Positions 9,717 to 19,334 of a stretch of DNA of 64,000 nt are shown here, piece by piece. This stretch comes from an uncultured virus (IMG/VR IMGVR_UViG_3300013728_000001) (lineage: Duplodnaviria > Heunggongvirae > Uroviricota > Caudoviricetes): IMG/VR virus record IMGVR_UViG_3300013728_000001. One strand, written 5' to 3'. Numbering within the stretch: the first letter of the stretch is position 1; the number at the start of each line of letters is the position of its first letter. Under the pieces are notes generated by a model. It was not told where the DNA came from, made no database searches, and was given only the letters and a program-made list of their open reading frames with translations. The position numbers were made by a program, and so were the translations under genes.

Positions 9717-10069
9717 ACCTGCGTAAATTCTTTCGCCTGAAAGCGCCCTGCGCAAATTGCCCGTTTTTAAAAGTGGGTGGCATAGAACTGCACCCCGGAC
9801 GGCTGGAGGGGATCAAAGCTAACCTTCTGCGCGATGACTTCAGTTCGTTCTACTGCCACAAAACCACGCATCTGACAGGCGAGGAAGAGGACCAGGACGG
9901 CGAACAGGGTTACACCGCGTCCGGCAGAGAGGCACACTGCGCCGGTGCTGCCGCCTTTCTGCTTTCCCGCGGCCGTCAGAACATTGCCATGCGCCTGGCG
10001 TTTGCCGAAGGGATAGTGAAGCCCGCTGATTTTGAACCGGCGATTGCCATGATCGACACGAAAGACTGA
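9713..10069 (+). CDS. Hypothetical Cys/His metal-binding protein
   Basis: PCANCPF, FYCHKT and HCAGA motifs. Confidence 0.7.
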   Translation: MNLRKFFRLKAPCANCPFLKVGGIELHPGRLEGIKANLLRDDFSSFYCHKTTHLTGEEEDQDGEQGYTASGREAHCAGAAAFLLSRGRQNIAMRLAFAEGIVKPADFEPAIAMIDTKD

Positions 10070-10079
10070 GGACACCACC

Positions 10080-10382
10080 ATGATTACCGATCGCATCACC
10101 GACGACGAGCTGAAATTGTTCGCGGCAGAGCCTAAAAACAATCTGGCGCTGATGCCTAATCACGCCATGACGCAGAAGATGGCCGCAGAGCTGCTGGCGC
10201 TGCGACACGCTGCCGCTGAGCTAGTGGAGATAACACGGGCAGGGCTGGAATATATCGACGCGATCCCGGCGGACACAGCCAGTAAGTTTGAGGCAATGCC
10301 GGGATTCAGCCGTGACTGGGCGGAGGAAACCATCAGCGAGGCCAGGCAGCTATTGCTGAGAGGTCACCTGCTAAAGCAATAA
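10080..10382 (+). CDS. Hypothetical protein (Ead/Ea-like phage accessory)
   Basis: GAGG RBS; MA.ELLALR and DAIP...A.PGF.RDWA motifs. Confidence 0.6.
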   Translation: MITDRITDDELKLFAAEPKNNLALMPNHAMTQKMAAELLALRHAAAELVEITRAGLEYIDAIPADTASKFEAMPGFSRDWAEETISEARQLLLRGHLLKQ

Positions 10383-10562
10383 CTGCAACAAACATAGCCA
10401 CTTTGTACGATCTTAATAGGATTGAGTCCATCATCACAAATTTAATAAAGTGTTAGTAAGCTGTACAGCCTTATATAGAAAGCTGGAAAGCGAGAATTAA
10501 AATCAATTTAGGCGTCTCGCTTCAGCCTAAATAGGAGCGAACTTCTTTAGAGGAGTATCCTA

Positions 10563-10901
10563 ATGATCACTGATACTAAAAGGAACCAAACAGAAGAAAG
10601 ATGGACCGCCCCTCATATATTAGGAACCAATGGCTTTGATAAAGGTGTAGGCGTTTTTGCTGTTGCTGATCCTGAATCTGATGAACCGGATGCATTGAAG
10701 AAGATAGTTATAGAGGATCTCTCTTATCAGGATTGCTTGACGAGGGGGGAGAACTGCATTGCTTTCAAATGGCTTCCTAATAAGGTTGTTGCAGTTGTTG
10801 GCGGTGCTAGCGGCTTAACTTCTATGTGTGACGGGTTACCATGTTCAGGTAGCTGTTTAGGCAATAGCACATGCATGTGTGTCAGGGGAATTTGCAGATA
10901 A
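10563..10901 (+). CDS. Small protein with a six-cysteine C-terminal tail
   Basis: AGGAG RBS; ends CDGLPCSGSCLGNSTCMCVRGICR. Confidence 0.65.
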   Translation: MITDTKRNQTEERWTAPHILGTNGFDKGVGVFAVADPESDEPDALKKIVIEDLSYQDCLTRGENCIAFKWLPNKVVAVVGGASGLTSMCDGLPCSGSCLGNSTCMCVRGICR

Positions 10902-11073
10902 CCTGCTTCAAATGGATTAAAATAAGAACCACATGGCTTTCGCCTGCGTACTAACGTTAGACGAGAGCTATGTGTGGCCTTTAAATGCAACTTTTATACA
11001 AATTACAGATGACCCACCAGCCTCATTATCTGTTTGTAATTGATGCGTTTAAATTAATTTTTTATCCTGATTA

Positions 11074-11625
11074 TCAGGCATTGCGGCGGCGTTTTATCAG
11101 CATATTTGCCATAGATTCCACTTCCTCAAAATCTCTTGAGGCTGCGGTTCTCAGTATCAGGTTCCATTTGCTGAGTGTACGCGCATTTTTAGCCAGATCG
11201 CTTCCTGCTTTCACGCGTCCACTTTCTTCCAGCCAGGCTGCTACTTCTGACCAGTCCCAAAGGGGAGACTGGCCTTTTATGCGCTGGACGGGGCAGGGAA
11301 AATTGCCGTTGCCGCGCGTGCCGTCTTTGAGCATGGCGATTGCCTGGCGTGACATTTCGGTATTATCTGCAATGTCGCTTAGTCCCACCAGCGCTGAATC
11401 GACAGACGCTACTACAGCGCCGATTCCGGCTGATTCAACGTTTTCAACCGCTGACATAATGGCTTCATGGAGGGATTCTGCTTCGCGGTCAAACTCCAGA
11501 TAAACCGATTTGCCATAGGCGCAGATAATCGCATCGCTGCAGCCGTTATTAAAAAGCGCATCCTCTAATCCTGGTGTGTCATATGTCACTCCAGAGAGCG
11601 TTAAAGCAAAGTTATATATCGCCAT
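11074..11625 (-). CDS. HicB-like/AlpA-type HTH DNA-binding protein
   Basis: N-terminal FDREA.SL..AI.SA..NV; C-terminal LVGLSDIA...SRQAI...FP.P...LW.W.EV. Confidence 0.7.
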   Translation of the reverse strand: MAIYNFALTLSGVTYDTPGLEDALFNNGCSDAIICAYGKSVYLEFDREAESLHEAIMSAVENVESAGIGAVVASVDSALVGLSDIADNTEMSRQAIAMLKDGTRGNGNFPCPVQRIKGQSPLWDWSEVAAWLEESGRVKAGSDLAKNARTLSKWNLILRTAASRDFEEVESMANMLIKRRRNA

Positions 11626-11813
11626 AAGACCTCTTCATCAACACATGTTGGCAAGTGCAACAATGCTATTAACACTGTTGACCGCCGTCAACAGATTAGC
11701 GTTAGCAGTTTGAAGAATCGCCTTCTTATTGACCGGTTGTAGCACTTAAAGCTAAAGAAGTTGTTTTCTGATGCATTTAATGATGTATAATTGCATCAAT
11801 AAGGGAATCAATA

Positions 11814-12029
11814 ATGGAGATCATCATGAGAACTACTGTAACTATTGACGATGGGCTGTACGCGCAGGCACTGGAGATGGCTGATCCAGATATGGAGAAA
11901 GCTGATATTTTCCGTGAAGCCATGAAAACCTTTGTGCGGGTTCAGGCCGCTAAAAGACTGGCCTCACTTGGTGGTGCGGCACCAAATATGGAATACATTT
12001 CCCGACGCCACCAGGAGCCAGCTGAGTAA
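11814..12029 (+). CDS. vapB: VapB-type antitoxin
   Basis: [14 protein letters not shown] motif and RLASLGG; overlaps the PIN gene. Confidence 0.85.
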   Translation: MEIIMRTTVTIDDGLYAQALEMADPDMEKADIFREAMKTFVRVQAAKRLASLGGAAPNMEYISRRHQEPAE

Positions 12030-12406
12030 TGGCTATCCTGGTTGATACTTCTGTTTGGGTAAATCACTTCAAAAATCCAGAAGCCGAACTGCAACGTTTG
12101 TTAAATACCGATTTGGTACTGATGCACCCGATGATACTGGCTGAAATAGCCTGCGGAACACCGCCAGCGCCACGGCAGGTCACACTTTCAAGCCTTGCAT
12201 TATTGTCGCAAAGTTCGCAGGCAAGCATCGCTGAGGTAATGCAATTTATCGAAGATGAAAAGCTTTACGGGCTGGGTTGTGGATTAGTGGACTTCACTTT
12301 GCTTGCTTCGACTTTGATTACGCCAGGCGCACGGCTATGGACGGCAGATAAACGACTGGAAAAATTAGCACTTCGTTTTGGCATAAATTACCCGCTGACA
12401 CACTGA
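12029..12406 (+). CDS. vapC: VapC PIN-domain toxin
   Basis: ILVDTSVW, E.ACG, GLVD..LLAS and LWT.DKRL PIN motifs. Confidence 0.9.
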   Translation: MAILVDTSVWVNHFKNPEAELQRLLNTDLVLMHPMILAEIACGTPPAPRQVTLSSLALLSQSSQASIAEVMQFIEDEKLYGLGCGLVDFTLLASTLITPGARLWTADKRLEKLALRFGINYPLTH

Positions 12407-12423
12407 CAAAAAGCCCGCATTTT

Positions 12424-12756
12424 TTGCGGGCAAGGATTAGAACACCAGTGATTAAACAGGAAATCAGGGCGCTGTTTCTGGCGCACGGCTTCAAGATGGA
12501 GCCGCAACCTGACGGCAGTACCGATTTTGACCCGGCGTATTACAGCGTCGCTCAGGCGCTCGCAGAGCGTTTTAACGATATCTACGGGCAACCAGTAGGA
12601 AACGTGGAGATCGCCGCTGCTGGTGGCGCAGAAGCACGCACAGTGCCGCTCTTTCACGATAAGGCAGCGAGCATTGAGTTTCCCGTGTATGTCATGCGTG
12701 AACCGGCCCAAAAGCCCGCGCTGGCCACCAGCACCAATCCGGCGTTCGCGCGCTGA
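12424..12756 (+). CDS. Hypothetical protein (start uncertain)
   Basis: IR..FLAHGF....Q.DG..D motif; stop overlaps the next start. Confidence 0.55.
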   Translation: MRARIRTPVIKQEIRALFLAHGFKMEPQPDGSTDFDPAYYSVAQALAERFNDIYGQPVGNVEIAAAGGAEARTVPLFHDKAASIEFPVYVMREPAQKPALATSTNPAFAR

Positions 12757-13118
12757 TGGACGACCGTTTAAGGCAATACGGCTGGGGCTCGTTTGAGGGC
12801 TGGCCGGAAAATGAAGTGCGCGACTTTCTTATCACCAAATGCAACATCATCCACGCCCGCCAGCTACCCGATGGCAGCTGGTGCGGGCTGCTGCAGCTGC
12901 TGTACACGCTCAGCGTCTGCATGGGGATCACGCCCACTGACGCTTACGTGTACCGCTGGTGCTTTGAAGATCCGATAGAGGCGGCACACTTCTATAAAAC
13001 CGCCGTGGAGTATGACGAAATTCCGGTGCGCCGGGAGTCGCTGGTGGGGCATCGGCATACAACAGGCATGCCGCTCTACGTGGAGTTTGACCAGCTCGGC
13101 CTGCCAAAGTGGCGTTAA
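12756..13118 (+). CDS. Hypothetical protein
   Basis: 120-aa coupled ORF. Confidence 0.65.
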   Translation: MDDRLRQYGWGSFEGWPENEVRDFLITKCNIIHARQLPDGSWCGLLQLLYTLSVCMGITPTDAYVYRWCFEDPIEAAHFYKTAVEYDEIPVRRESLVGHRHTTGMPLYVEFDQLGLPKWR

Positions 13119-13190
13119 CACCTTTTTACTGACCACCAGCTACCCGGCTGGTGTCAGTGTTTCAATAACAGCAATACAGAATGGTAAAAA

Positions 13191-13622
13191 ATGGAAATCA
13201 GGATTAAATGCCCGCACTGCGGATCAGGGAGCGTCAAAAAGAGCAGGGCGGTTTATGAGCAGGGAACCTCAAAGACGCGCAGCGTAAGCCACACGGGCTG
13301 GATCTCAAATCGGGGATCGGGCGGCAGCAGGCGGCAGGGCAAATCAACGCGCCAGTCAGTAGCCGCATCGCGGAACGCACCAACCGGGGGAGGATTGGAA
13401 GGCATGGCTTTTATCGGTTCATTCTTCCTGTTTACCTGGCTGGCTCTTTATATACCGGCAACCACGCTTATGATCTCGTTAATCATGGGCTTTATTCTTT
13501 CGTTGTTGTTTACAGCGCTGGTGGCTCACCTGAACCGGCACAACCGGCGCAGGGCGCGGGAAGATTACGAAAGGCAGTGGTATTGCAGCAAATGCGGCGA
13601 CACATTTTTACGCGGTAGCTAA
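13191..13622 (+). CDS. Membrane protein with split zinc ribbon
   Basis: CPHCGS at N-terminus, CSKCG at C-terminus, two TM helices between. Confidence 0.7.
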   Translation: MEIRIKCPHCGSGSVKKSRAVYEQGTSKTRSVSHTGWISNRGSGGSRRQGKSTRQSVAASRNAPTGGGLEGMAFIGSFFLFTWLALYIPATTLMISLIMGFILSLLFTALVAHLNRHNRRRAREDYERQWYCSKCGDTFLRGS

Positions 13623-13768
13623 TTCAGAGCATTAAATTAGCTTCGATATAGTTACCCACCTCAATTAAATCAGGCGCTTAGTGCGCCTTTTCAATGGTTG
13701 CTCTTGGTATATCGCATCCCTAGAATGCGGCCACCTTTACGTTTATCAGACAATCCTCATACGGACTC

Positions 13769-14845
13769 ATGACACAACAGCTCAAATCTATTCAGGCGCT
13801 GCGCGGGCTTGCCTGCCTTGCCGTCGTAACTTTTCATTTTCGCTATCAGATCAAAGCGCACTATCCGGCGTTAACCAAAGTGCTTTCAACCGGCGCTATT
13901 GGCGTGGACCTGTTTTTCATCCTCAGTGGCTTTGTTATCACGCTCTCCGTGTCGCGCATGGGTACAGGGTTCGCGGCAGCGGGTGACTTCCTGAAACGCC
14001 GCGCGCTGCGCCTGCTGCCCGCCTATTTCATCCTGCTGCTGATCAACTTCCTGTTAAGCGGCGCTATGGCGACGTTTCACTATGCGGATAAGACTCAGGC
14101 GCTGATTAGCGCGGCAACGTTCTCCGTCTACCTGCCGCAGCACGCGCCGTTTTACGTGGACGACGGCGGGTTTATGAACGTGCGCTGGACGCTCAACTAT
14201 GAGTTTCTGTTTTACCTGATGATGGCCGTCTGCCTGCTGGTGCGCGCGCGCTGGGTGGCGCTGGCCGCAATGCTGGGCGCGGTGCTGGTGGCGGTACCAA
14301 TGGCAGCAGGCCACCAGCCGACGCTGCTGGTGCACGGCTACGACATGGGTTACGCCTATCTGAACCTGATGACTAACCCGATTATCTGGCAGTTTGCCGC
14401 GGGCGTGCTGATTGGCCTGGTTTACCCGTACATGGCGCGCCTGCCGGTGGCAACCCGTGTGCCTTTCCTGCTGGCAGCGGTTGCCCTGTTTGTGCAGCAC
14501 ATTATCAGCCACCAGCATATCGGGCATGGTCTGATGGCGTCCGGTACCGTGCTGGCGCTGCTGCTGGCCGCTGTGGCGTTCAATGACAGCTGGTTAGGAC
14601 GCATCACGCCGCGCTGGCTGGTATTCCTGGGGGATATCTCTTTCTCCGTATACCTGATCCATATCGTGACCAAAGACCGGTTATCAAAAGCCTTCACGGA
14701 TCAGGGTATGACATTCTTCGTGTGCAACGTGCTGCTGGCGTTGCTGGTGGGCTGGCTCAGCTACCGCTACATTGAGCCAATCGGCCAGAAGATAGCGCGC
14801 CGGCGCAGAGAGAAAGCGCTCCGCACTGCAAGCGACGCCGCATAA
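13769..14845 (+). CDS. Acyltransferase-3 (OafA/Oac-like) membrane O-acyltransferase
   Basis: SIQALRGLA..AVV.FH, GVDLFFILSGF, RR..RL.P, WTL.YE..FY, LGDISFS.YL.H and YIE motifs. Confidence 0.92.
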   Translation: MTQQLKSIQALRGLACLAVVTFHFRYQIKAHYPALTKVLSTGAIGVDLFFILSGFVITLSVSRMGTGFAAAGDFLKRRALRLLPAYFILLLINFLLSGAMATFHYADKTQALISAATFSVYLPQHAPFYVDDGGFMNVRWTLNYEFLFYLMMAVCLLVRARWVALAAMLGAVLVAVPMAAGHQPTLLVHGYDMGYAYLNLMTNPIIWQFAAGVLIGLVYPYMARLPVATRVPFLLAAVALFVQHIISHQHIGHGLMASGTVLALLLAAVAFNDSWLGRITPRWLVFLGDISFSVYLIHIVTKDRLSKAFTDQGMTFFVCNVLLALLVGWLSYRYIEPIGQKIARRRREKALRTASDAA

Positions 14846-14921
14846 CGCCGCAACCCTTCTGCCGCATGGCTTCAGGCCTGTCAGCTATACTTAGTGGACA
14901 GGCTCAACAAAGGAGTAAGCG

Positions 14922-15128
14922 ATGAAATGTCCGACATGCGGTGCAGAGGCTTTTGTTTATGACACGCGCGACGTCCAGCTGAATACGGGCAACCCGGATG
15001 ACATTGTAGAGGATGTAAAAGGGAGTCATTGCCTGGCCTGCGGAGAGGTGATCGTGGATATGTCAGAAATCGATTCTTTCATGCGAAAGATCAGCGCGCT
15101 GGAAGCTGCAGCGGCACACAATCATTGA
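14922..15128 (+). CDS. YgiT/MqsA-type zinc-finger protein (no HTH, no adjacent toxin)
   Basis: MKCPTCG...DTRD...V.G.HC.ACGE; AAGGAG RBS; followed by a terminator. Confidence 0.8.
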   Translation: MKCPTCGAEAFVYDTRDVQLNTGNPDDIVEDVKGSHCLACGEVIVDMSEIDSFMRKISALEAAAAHNH

Positions 15129-15290
15129 CCCAACAGCCCGCATCAAGCGGGCTTTTTATTGCCTCACAATCCCACCAGCGCACATCTGCACATCATCTGA
15201 AAATCAGCATGGTAAGCCAGTTTCCATAGTAAGCCGCCTGTACGCCTGGTATCGTGCCGTTACAGACGAATTACAATGAATTGAATAATA

Positions 15291-15968
15291 ATGAATCGAC
15301 GCGCCTTTAAATTTAAACAAGCCTTCGCTGTAGAGACAGTAAAATTATCAGAAGAGTTTACGGGGTTAGAGGCTGTTTGCGATTATCCCGAGAGCAAGAT
15401 TTATCGTTATTTTGATAAACATACAAGACAATACTTTGCCGTTATTAACATAACGGATTTTATAATTACGGTTTCTTTACTGGATAAAAAGCGGGCTTAT
15501 ACCTTTGGGATGGCAACTCAGAACCCGTTAGAAGATATAGAGGCTTGCGACGACGAACAGTCTGAAATCTGGGAGCATAATATGCTCAGGCACAGCAACA
15601 ATGGGCCGGTTGAGGAGTGCTACTACTGGGATTGGCACAACTTTAAGGAAGAAATAGACTTGGAAGTGGCTAACTGGAAGTGTCAGGTTGAGGCTGCAGC
15701 TGATCCGGAAGATAAGAACAACACTGCAATAAATGCTTTCTCGGATGCAGCAGCAAAAGCCAAAGACGTGATTGATGTAGCGCCTTCGCTGGCTGATGTA
15801 ATGATCAAATATGATGGCTGGGTAAACTCAACTTTTCAGTTACCAGAGACAGTGCCGATCGATGATTACGTGGTGTGGGATAAACAGTTTATCCGCGCGC
15901 TGGCCATGATTTATAAATTAGCCCTTAATCCACCAGCCAAAACCCCGGAATCAGTAGCTGCAGAGTAA
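15291..15968 (+). CDS. Hypothetical protein
   Basis: 225-aa acidic ORF followed by a terminator hairpin. Confidence 0.65.
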   Translation: MNRRAFKFKQAFAVETVKLSEEFTGLEAVCDYPESKIYRYFDKHTRQYFAVINITDFIITVSLLDKKRAYTFGMATQNPLEDIEACDDEQSEIWEHNMLRHSNNGPVEECYYWDWHNFKEEIDLEVANWKCQVEAAADPEDKNNTAINAFSDAAAKAKDVIDVAPSLADVMIKYDGWVNSTFQLPETVPIDDYVVWDKQFIRALAMIYKLALNPPAKTPESVAAE

Positions 15969-16014
15969 TAGTTTAGCCCGCTTTGCGCGGGCTTTTTGCA
16001 TCAGAGTAGATAAG

Positions 16015-16335
16015 TCAGTCGCACTTACCTGTCACATCAAACTCTTCTACAAAGTTACCGAATTTTTCACTGGTGAATGCCTTAACATGACGGCATTCCT
16101 CTTTGTCATTAAGCATGTAAGTTACGTCGGCTTCAGCAGCAATACCTATCATGCTTGTTTCATAAGAGGTGATATCAATATCTTTTGTTTCTGTGCCTTT
16201 AAACTTGTAGCTCTGATCTATTGCCCGCTCAATAACATGCGTTGCCCTTCGCTCAGCGGCTTTATTTTCCATGTGATTTTTGTACAGATAAAAACCAGCG
16301 ACAGCACAGATAACAACCAGAATAACCTTTTTCAT
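16015..16335 (-). CDS. Hypothetical membrane-anchored/exported protein
   Basis: N-terminal MKK plus hydrophobic helix. Confidence 0.65.
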   Translation of the reverse strand: MKKVILVVICAVAGFYLYKNHMENKAAERRATHVIERAIDQSYKFKGTETKDIDITSYETSMIGIAAEADVTYMLNDKEECRHVKAFTSEKFGNFVEEFDVTGKCD

Positions 16336-16500
16336 TACAAAACATCCATTTAGCGAATCAAAAGTAAAAAATTACTATCGGTCGCTAGCCCTGCTACTTT
16401 AGTGAAAAAAATAGAAAACATTACCCTTAACCAGACACTGAATTTACTTAGCAAATTACAAACCGCTTACCCTGGCCTCTTTGACTTTGAGGCCACCAGC

Positions 16501-16932
16501 ATGAATAACGATACCTTCTCACCTGCTCCGATCGCCGCCGGCGAAATGCTTTCCGTCAGAGAGGGCATCTGCCTCTCTTATCCGCTCGCCCCGGTGCCGC
16601 TGGTGGTGACGCTAATCGGCAACGATGGCACGCGGGCTCAACTTACAGTGAATAACGGCATGGTGACGTTTGAGGGCGATCCTGACACTGCAGCGGAGAT
16701 GTTTATCGATGCGGTAACGCGCCGGCACGCGCAGCAGTGGACCGAACAGCAGGAGAGGCTGGATAAAGCGCAGGCGCAGCTGGCGGAGTATGCGCACCAT
16801 AACGGCCTGATGATGCTCTCACAGCGGCTGGTGGACGCACAGAAAGAGTGTGACACGCTACGGGCAGAAGTTAGCCGCCTGCGGTTGGCCGGTAACGTTC
16901 ACTGTAATCAGTGTATAAGCTGTAGTGAGTAA
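16501..16932 (+). CDS. Hypothetical coiled-coil phage protein (start 16402 or 16501)
   Basis: TFEGD.D.AA..FI motif and coiled-coil C-terminus. Confidence 0.6.
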   Translation: MNNDTFSPAPIAAGEMLSVREGICLSYPLAPVPLVVTLIGNDGTRAQLTVNNGMVTFEGDPDTAAEMFIDAVTRRHAQQWTEQQERLDKAQAQLAEYAHHNGLMMLSQRLVDAQKECDTLRAEVSRLRLAGNVHCNQCISCSE

Positions 16933-16951
16933 CAGGCGGCAGCTAGAGAGC

Positions 16952-16974
16952 AAAAAACCCGCATAAGCGGGTTT
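16952..16974. terminator. Intrinsic terminator between convergent genes
   Basis: AAAAAACCCGC-ATAA-GCGGGTTT. Confidence 0.7.
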
Positions 16975-16975
16975 A

Positions 16976-17713
16976 TTACTTAGAAACGATTAAGACTATG
17001 TGATTGCATCTTGTTATCTGAAACGGGTAATTTACCCAGCGCCCCATCTTAAATACATACGGGTTTTCAGCTGAATTTAAATCCCACGGCACAAACCCAA
17101 AAACGCCCAAGCCTTTTTCACCAAGCTCCTGGATATACTGCTGAGCAGCGAAATCATAAATGTCTACTCTACCCACGACATCACGTATTGTGCCTGCCCA
17201 CAAAGCCGCTCCGTATTCAGTCTGTACGTTATCGCAAACCAGATGGTCATGAGCCAAAACCAGCTGACGATAGATTTGACCTGCCAGACCGGTACCAGAG
17301 TTTTCATCGCGTACGAAAGCGCCCCGGATTTGTATTCCTGACACCTGCTGCTTATGAATATTCAGGAAACTTATCGGATCGTATGCGAAGCGCGCAACCA
17401 GAATGGCCTTAGTTCCATCTTCCATTTCCAGCGCCATGATCTCTTGGGTTATTTCTTCGTCACTATCACCGTCATTGCGTAAGCGATTAATGTGAGGATT
17501 TATGAAAGTATTCTGCTCGTAAAACCCAAGCTCATAAACTTCTGCAATGTAGCCGTATTCAGCGCCGTCATATTTCTTTTCGACAATACGGTAAATCAGT
17601 ACGTCTTCAGGTGCGATGAACTCATAAGAGTTACAATGAGAAACCCCGCCTGTAACAGACGGGGCTTTAGATAAATCTTTAAAAAAATGAGTGCTGCTTA
17701 CCGAAGGTGCCAT
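16976..17713 (-). CDS. Hypothetical protein with GNAT-like motif
   Basis: IRGAFVR....G.GLA.QIY...L.CDNVQT..GA.LW resembles the acetyl-CoA-binding motif A. Confidence 0.55.
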   Translation of the reverse strand: MAPSVSSTHFFKDLSKAPSVTGGVSHCNSYEFIAPEDVLIYRIVEKKYDGAEYGYIAEVYELGFYEQNTFINPHINRLRNDGDSDEEITQEIMALEMEDGTKAILVARFAYDPISFLNIHKQQVSGIQIRGAFVRDENSGTGLAGQIYRQLVLAHDHLVCDNVQTEYGAALWAGTIRDVVGRVDIYDFAAQQYIQELGEKGLGVFGFVPWDLNSAENPYVFKMGRWVNYPFQITRCNHIVLIVSK

Positions 17714-18120
17714 TCCTTTATGCCGTCCTGATAAGTGTCATTACTAATAAAAATTTTCTTATGAAAGCAGTTCTGCATAAAAGCGGCAACTGAATGCTCA
17801 ATCATGTGAAGAATATTATCGTTCACGCACAGGTTTGGGTACTGCTTTTGCGGTTTCAAGGTAAAACGGAGTTTGTCGCCGCGTATAGCCAGTTCGGCAA
17901 AGGGCTTAACAACCTCTGTATCCTGAGCACGGTTTACGTCACTCAGTAAGGTTACGATGAAGTGCTGAGATTCTTTGTGAGAACGGCTAAGCATTCTGCG
18001 CACTTCAACAGTGTCAGAAAAATGAGAGCGCTGAGGTTCAATCGTATCGATTACACGGGTGTTATCCATGATCGTATGAATTGAACGCTGGCTTTTCGTT
18101 TTTGCTTCGCTATGTAACAT
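17698..18120 (-). CDS. Hypothetical protein, partner of the GNAT-like gene
   Basis: Overlaps the downstream gene start; AGGTGGG RBS. Confidence 0.6.
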   Translation of the reverse strand: MLHSEAKTKSQRSIHTIMDNTRVIDTIEPQRSHFSDTVEVRRMLSRSHKESQHFIVTLLSDVNRAQDTEVVKPFAELAIRGDKLRFTLKPQKQYPNLCVNDNILHMIEHSVAAFMQNCFHKKIFISNDTYQDGIKEWHLR

Positions 18121-18524
18121 TTTCCCACCTTAGCCGGAATACGCATGTATTACCTGGCAGACACTCAATCTAATGAGCTGATAAAGACGGCTGACGAAAA
18201 CGTCAACCGTTTACTAAATCTACTACGCCTGGTGGTAATCTGCAATCAGAGAGGCGCAAAAAGCCTTATGGTTATTGGGAAAACGCAGATTTTGATGCTG
18301 CTGCTGGTGGATGTTTACAGGCTCGTTTTAGCGTAACCAGACAGTGAAATCTCCCTGCAACCAATAGCCAAAAACGAATAAAAAAAAGCCCCTGTTACGG
18401 GGCTTTTGGCAAGGCTACATGGGTCACTTAATCAAATGCTATAATCGCATATAATTTAGATAGTGGGGTAGTTAATATACCCCAGCTCCGTACAATTCCT
18501 GATGCTGGTCAGCGTTACCGGCGC

Positions 18525-19325
18525 TTATTCCGCTGTCGCCGGCGCAGCCTCTGCCGCTGCGGCCACCAGCTCCGGCTCAGGCTGTGGGGCGTCAGTTTTC
18601 GCCTTTCCCAGCGCAATCGTGCGCAGCAGCTGCGCTTTTTCAACTGCTTCCTGCACCAGATCCTGATCCATACCCACTACAGCATATTTATCCAGGCCTT
18701 CCATGCGGTGACGGTCGAGCTCCGGCACGAACTGCAGCATGTTCTTTTCGTTATCCGGAGTCAGGTAGACCAGCTGCCCCTGCGCGTCCGCGCCGGCAGG
18801 GAACAACACGTAAGCACGCTGGCCCACACCCAGGACCTGCAGGAACAGCAGGGCAACCGCCAGCGGCAGGGACTGCGACGCGCAGCTGACGTGCTGCTGC
18901 CTGTTTACCAGCAGGCCGTGGCTCTGCACGTCATACGGGTTAAAGCGGGAAACGGTCTCCGCGCGCCACTGGCCCGTCAGGGAGCCCGACACAAATGCCT
19001 CGCCGGTTACGTTCATCGGCAGCTGGCTCATGAGGTGCTGCGCAAAGCTATGATCCATTGACGGCATCAGCAGACGGGCGCCTGTTTTCTCATTGATGGC
19101 TTTTACCGCTGCAGCGCGTTCTTCGTCGTGCGCCGGCAGCGATTGCTCATGCGCCAGCCAGAACGATTTATCATCATTCTCATGGCTCCAGACGGTTATG
19201 CCTTCAACGTTTTGCGGCGTAAAACCCATCGTGGCCAGCAGGGCGATTTCCAGATCGGCAGGGCTGATCTCGCCTTTCTCGTTAAGCTCAATGGACGTTT
19301 TGCTGCTGAGAATATATTTGGTCAT
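18525..19325 (-). CDS. Hypothetical phage protein (possible ABA-sandwich-like domain)
   Basis: Co-oriented with dut; PS.D...A..L and S.PLAVAL motifs. Confidence 0.65.
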   Translation of the reverse strand: MTKYILSSKTSIELNEKGEISPADLEIALLATMGFTPQNVEGITVWSHENDDKSFWLAHEQSLPAHDEERAAAVKAINEKTGARLLMPSMDHSFAQHLMSQLPMNVTGEAFVSGSLTGQWRAETVSRFNPYDVQSHGLLVNRQQHVSCASQSLPLAVALLFLQVLGVGQRAYVLFPAGADAQGQLVYLTPDNEKNMLQFVPELDRHRMEGLDKYAVVGMDQDLVQEAVEKAQLLRTIALGKAKTDAPQPEPELVAAAAEAAPATAE

Positions 19326-19334
19326 GGTCTGGCC

